Source: Gemmatimonadales bacterium (GTDB lineage Bacteria > Gemmatimonadota > Gemmatimonadetes > Gemmatimonadales > GWC2-71-9). Taken from it: 45,192 bases of DNA. Position 1 is the first letter of the stretch. Every line of letters starts with the position of its first letter. The stretch is taken from assembly GCA_036395195.1 (NCBI GenBank), contig DASWDP010000009.1:1-45192 (forward strand), read 5' to 3'. Below, piece by piece: positions 42,619 through 45,192 of the stretch. Both the position numbers and the translations under genes were made by a program. The notes beneath the pieces are model-generated. The model did no database searches, was not told where the DNA came from, and saw only the letters and a list, made by a program, of their open reading frames with translations.

Positions 42619-43451
42619 CCATCTATCCCCTCGTCTTCCAGCTCGGCCCCCTGACCATCACCGGCTACGGCCTGATGATGATGGTGGCGTTCCTCATGGC
42701 GGGGTGGGCGATCCAGATGGATCTGCGCCGCCGCGGCATGAACGAGGACTACGCCGCCGACGTCGTGTTCGCCGCCGTGATCGGCGGCATCGTCGGCGCC
42801 AAGGTGTGGTACGTGCTGCTCACCGGGGAATGGGACACGCTGTTCCGGCGCGGCGGGTTCGTCTGGTACGGGGGTTTCCTCGGCGGCGTCGCGGGCGTGC
42901 TGCTCAACGGCTGGCGCAAGCGCGTCCCGCCGCGCTGGACGATGGAGCTCACCGCCGCCCCCCTCGCCCTCGGGTACGCGCTGGGGCGCGTCGGCTGCTT
43001 CCTCGTGAACGACGACTACGGGATACCGTCCAGTCTCCCGTGGGCGATGACGTTCCCCGAGGGACTGCCCCCCACCACCGTTGCGAACCTCGAGCTGATG
43101 CACGTGCCGTTCCCGCCGAACGCGAATCCGGCGGAGGTCGTCGCCGTGCATCCCACGCAGCTCTACGAGACGGCCTTGATGATGCTGGCGTTCTGGTGGC
43201 TGTGGCGGCTGCGGGAGCATCGGCACGGCACCGGGTGGCTGTTCGGCGTGTACCTCGTGCTCGCCGGCGCGGAGCGGTTCCTCGTCGAGTTCGTGCGGGC
43301 GAAGGACGACCGGCTGTTCGGCCCCATCAGCCTGGCGCAGGTGACGAGCGTGCTGCTCGTGCTCGTCGGACTCTACGTCATGCAGCGGCTGCGCGCGCCC
43401 GCGGCCGCCGCCGAGTCCGTGCCGCCCGCCCTCAAGCCCCAACCCGCCTGA
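42615..43451 (+). CDS. lgt: Prolipoprotein diacylglyceryl transferase
   Basis: 278 aa from the ATG at 42615 (ATGA overlap with tsaD). Motifs are YGLMMMVAF, GRVGCFLVNDDYG and HPTQLYE. Confidence 0.9.
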   Translation: MTIYPLVFQLGPLTITGYGLMMMVAFLMAGWAIQMDLRRRGMNEDYAADVVFAAVIGGIVGAKVWYVLLTGEWDTLFRRGGFVWYGGFLGGVAGVLLNGWRKRVPPRWTMELTAAPLALGYALGRVGCFLVNDDYGIPSSLPWAMTFPEGLPPTTVANLELMHVPFPPNANPAEVVAVHPTQLYETALMMLAFWWLWRLREHRHGTGWLFGVYLVLAGAERFLVEFVRAKDDRLFGPISLAQVTSVLLVLVGLYVMQRLRAPAAAAESVPPALKPQPA

Positions 43452-43452
43452 G

Positions 43453-45081
43453 GTGCGCCGGGCGCCCGTCGCCATCGCCCTGGCGTTCTCGGTCAGCGCC
43501 TGCGGGGGAGGCGGCGCGCCCGACCTGATCCTCGTCGGCGGCCGGATCTTCACCGCCGACCCCACCCGCCCCTGGGTGCAGGCCCTCGCGATCCGGGGGG
43601 AGCGGATCGTCGCCGCCGGGCCGGGCGACTCGGTGCGCGCGCTGGCGGGCCCGCGCACCCGCGTCCGTGACCTGGGCGGCCGGACCGTGATCCCCGGCAT
43701 CAACGACGCGCACGCGCACGTCGCCCCCGTCACGCGCGGCATCGCCGTGCGGACGCCGCCCCAGGCCGGGCTGCGCGAGCTGATCGACTCGCTCGCCGCC
43801 GTGAGCCGCCGCTACTCGCGCGGCGCGTGGCTGCTCGCGAGCATCGGCGACCGCGTGCTCGACGACCCACGCGCCAACCGCTTTTTCCTCGACAGCGTCC
43901 TCCCGGACGACCCCACGGTGCTGGAGAGCTGGTCGGGCCACGAAGCGATTCTGAACAGCGCCGCGCTCGCCGCCCTCGGCCTCGGGCACGACACGCCCGA
44001 TCCGCTCGGCGGCCGTTTGGGACGCGCCCGAGGCTCGGGCAACCTCGACGGCCGCCTCTCCGAGTACGCCTGGTGGGCGGCGCGCCGCCGGCTGGCGAGC
44101 GCGCGCGCCGACTCCGCAAGTCGCGCCGATTTCCGGGCGTACGCCGCCACGGCGGCGCGCCTCGGGATCACCTCGCTCCAGGACATGAACAACGCCCTCA
44201 GCACGGCGCGCGCCGTCGCCCTCGTCCGCGCGGCCGACCTGCCGATCCGCTGGCGCCTGATCCGGTTTCCCATGACGCGCCCCGGGGCGCGCGACCTCGC
44301 CGACACCCGCGAGCGCCGCGGCCGGCCCGGCGCCGCGCTCGACGTCTCGGGCACGAAGTACATCCTCGACGGCACCCCGGTCGAGCGCGGGGCCCTGATG
44401 CGGCGGCCCTACGCCGACCGCCCCGGCTGGCGCGGCGAGCTGAACTTCCCGCCCGACACGGTGGGCGCGATCGTGGCGGAGGCGCTCGCCTCGCGGGACC
44501 AGCTGCTGGTCCACGCCGTGGGCGACAGCGCGGTGAGCCTGGTGCTCGTGACGCTGCGCCGGGCGGCGCCGGACTCGACCTGGCGCGCGCTGCGCCCGCG
44601 CATCGAGCACGCCGACTTCCTGTCCGCCGACCTCGTCCCACTCGCGCGGGAACTCGGGGCGGTGGTCGTTCAAAACCCGGTGCACTTCACCATCCCCGAT
44701 CTCCTGCGCCGGCGCTTCGGGCCGGCGCTCGCCGCGACGGCGCAGCCGTTGCACTCGCTCCTTTCGGCCGGAATTCCCGTCGCGCTCGGCTCGGACGGCC
44801 CCATGAACCCGTATCTGGGCATCATGCTCGCCGTCACGCACCCGACCAATCCTGCCGAGGCGCTCACGCGCGTGCAGGCGGTGACGGCATACACACGCGG
44901 CTCGGCCTACGCGGAGCGCGCCGAGCGCGACCTCGGCACACTCGGTCCGGGAATGCTCGCGGATCTCGCGGTGCTGTCGCAGGACGTCTTCAGCGTTCCC
45001 GTGGGTGATCTGCCGAGGACGGAAAGCGTGCTGACGCTGGTGGGGGGAAAGGCGGTGTGGGATGCGGGGGTGGTGAAGTAG
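43453..45081 (+). CDS. Amidohydrolase family (Amidohydro_3 / YtcJ-like) lipoprotein
   Basis: 542 aa with the lipobox AFSVSAC. It has the NDAHAHV metal site and the C-terminal GMLADLAVLSQDVF...GGKAVW typical of this family. Confidence 0.85.
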   Translation: MRRAPVAIALAFSVSACGGGGAPDLILVGGRIFTADPTRPWVQALAIRGERIVAAGPGDSVRALAGPRTRVRDLGGRTVIPGINDAHAHVAPVTRGIAVRTPPQAGLRELIDSLAAVSRRYSRGAWLLASIGDRVLDDPRANRFFLDSVLPDDPTVLESWSGHEAILNSAALAALGLGHDTPDPLGGRLGRARGSGNLDGRLSEYAWWAARRRLASARADSASRADFRAYAATAARLGITSLQDMNNALSTARAVALVRAADLPIRWRLIRFPMTRPGARDLADTRERRGRPGAALDVSGTKYILDGTPVERGALMRRPYADRPGWRGELNFPPDTVGAIVAEALASRDQLLVHAVGDSAVSLVLVTLRRAAPDSTWRALRPRIEHADFLSADLVPLARELGAVVVQNPVHFTIPDLLRRRFGPALAATAQPLHSLLSAGIPVALGSDGPMNPYLGIMLAVTHPTNPAEALTRVQAVTAYTRGSAYAERAERDLGTLGPGMLADLAVLSQDVFSVPVGDLPRTESVLTLVGGKAVWDAGVVK

Positions 45082-45151
45082 CGTCATCCGTCGTCCGTCG
45101 TCCGTTATCCGCAACTACGGATGACGGATTACGGATGACGGATTACGGAAA
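45082..45151. repeat. Heptamer-repeat palindrome, CGTCRTC / ACGGATK type, directly after the last gene of the array
   Basis: There are ten in-phase heptamers. The stem 45082-45111 / 45118-45147 covers 30 positions with 2 mismatches and 3 G:T, and the loop is the 6-nt CAACTA. Confidence 0.9.
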
Positions 45152-45192
45152 GGACGGCCGCCGGCGCTCCTGGGACGCGAGGATGCGGTTCC

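Noticed and set aside
42615-45081. lgt immediately followed by a lipobox-bearing amidohydrolase, considered as a functional enzyme-substrate pairing.
   Set aside because: Lipoproteins are numerous, and adjacency within a tightly packed array of unrelated genes is expected by chance. Nothing in the sequence links the two specifically.

Overview
This is a very GC-rich bacterial chromosomal segment, with third codon positions almost all G/C. The gene content includes Tat-signal Gfo/Idh/MocA oxidoreductases, DUF1080, a PorX-type REC-PglZ regulator and a glycosyltransferase-rich LPS-core cluster. That mix suggests Gemmatimonadota or a similar high-GC Gram-negative lineage, but this is only a guess. 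I can support 48 protein-coding genes. I see no rRNA, tRNA, CRISPR array, transposase or integrase. The window falls into three blocks. (1) 1-13.5 kb holds mixed housekeeping and catabolic genes: two Gfo/Idh/MocA oxidoreductases, a nucleoside:H+ symporter, DUF1080, argR, an amidohydrolase, PBP1A, tyrS, a class-V aminotransferase, a lone DppC-type permease and a patatin-ferredoxin fusion. (2) 13.5-27 kb is an LPS-core/glycan cluster: nine glycosyltransferase genes (GT4 and related, GT2, CgeB-like, GT9 heptosyltransferase), including two tandem paralog pairs, plus a SAM methyltransferase and msbA co-transcribed with a PorX-like REC-PglZ protein. (3) 28.4-45.1 kb is a 21-gene co-directional housekeeping array, almost gap-free and joined mostly by overlapping start/stop codons: yebC-ruvCAB-queA-tgt-yajC-def-fmt-thiESG-rsmB-PASTA-rpe-tlpA-ybbR-tsaD-lgt-amidohydrolase. 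The feature that gene content does not explain is a family of short-unit (7, 8 or 10 nt) tandem repeats. Most are arranged as two inverted arms that would fold into roughly 23-32 bp hairpins. The unit sequence differs between loci but the architecture is the same. They fill almost every real intergenic gap in the window. Several lie in frame inside conserved housekeeping genes (tgt, rsmB, the tsaD tail, thiE and an amidohydrolase). I do not recognise them as a named element family. Many long ORFs in the supplied track are alternate-frame or antisense artefacts of the GC content and are not reported.
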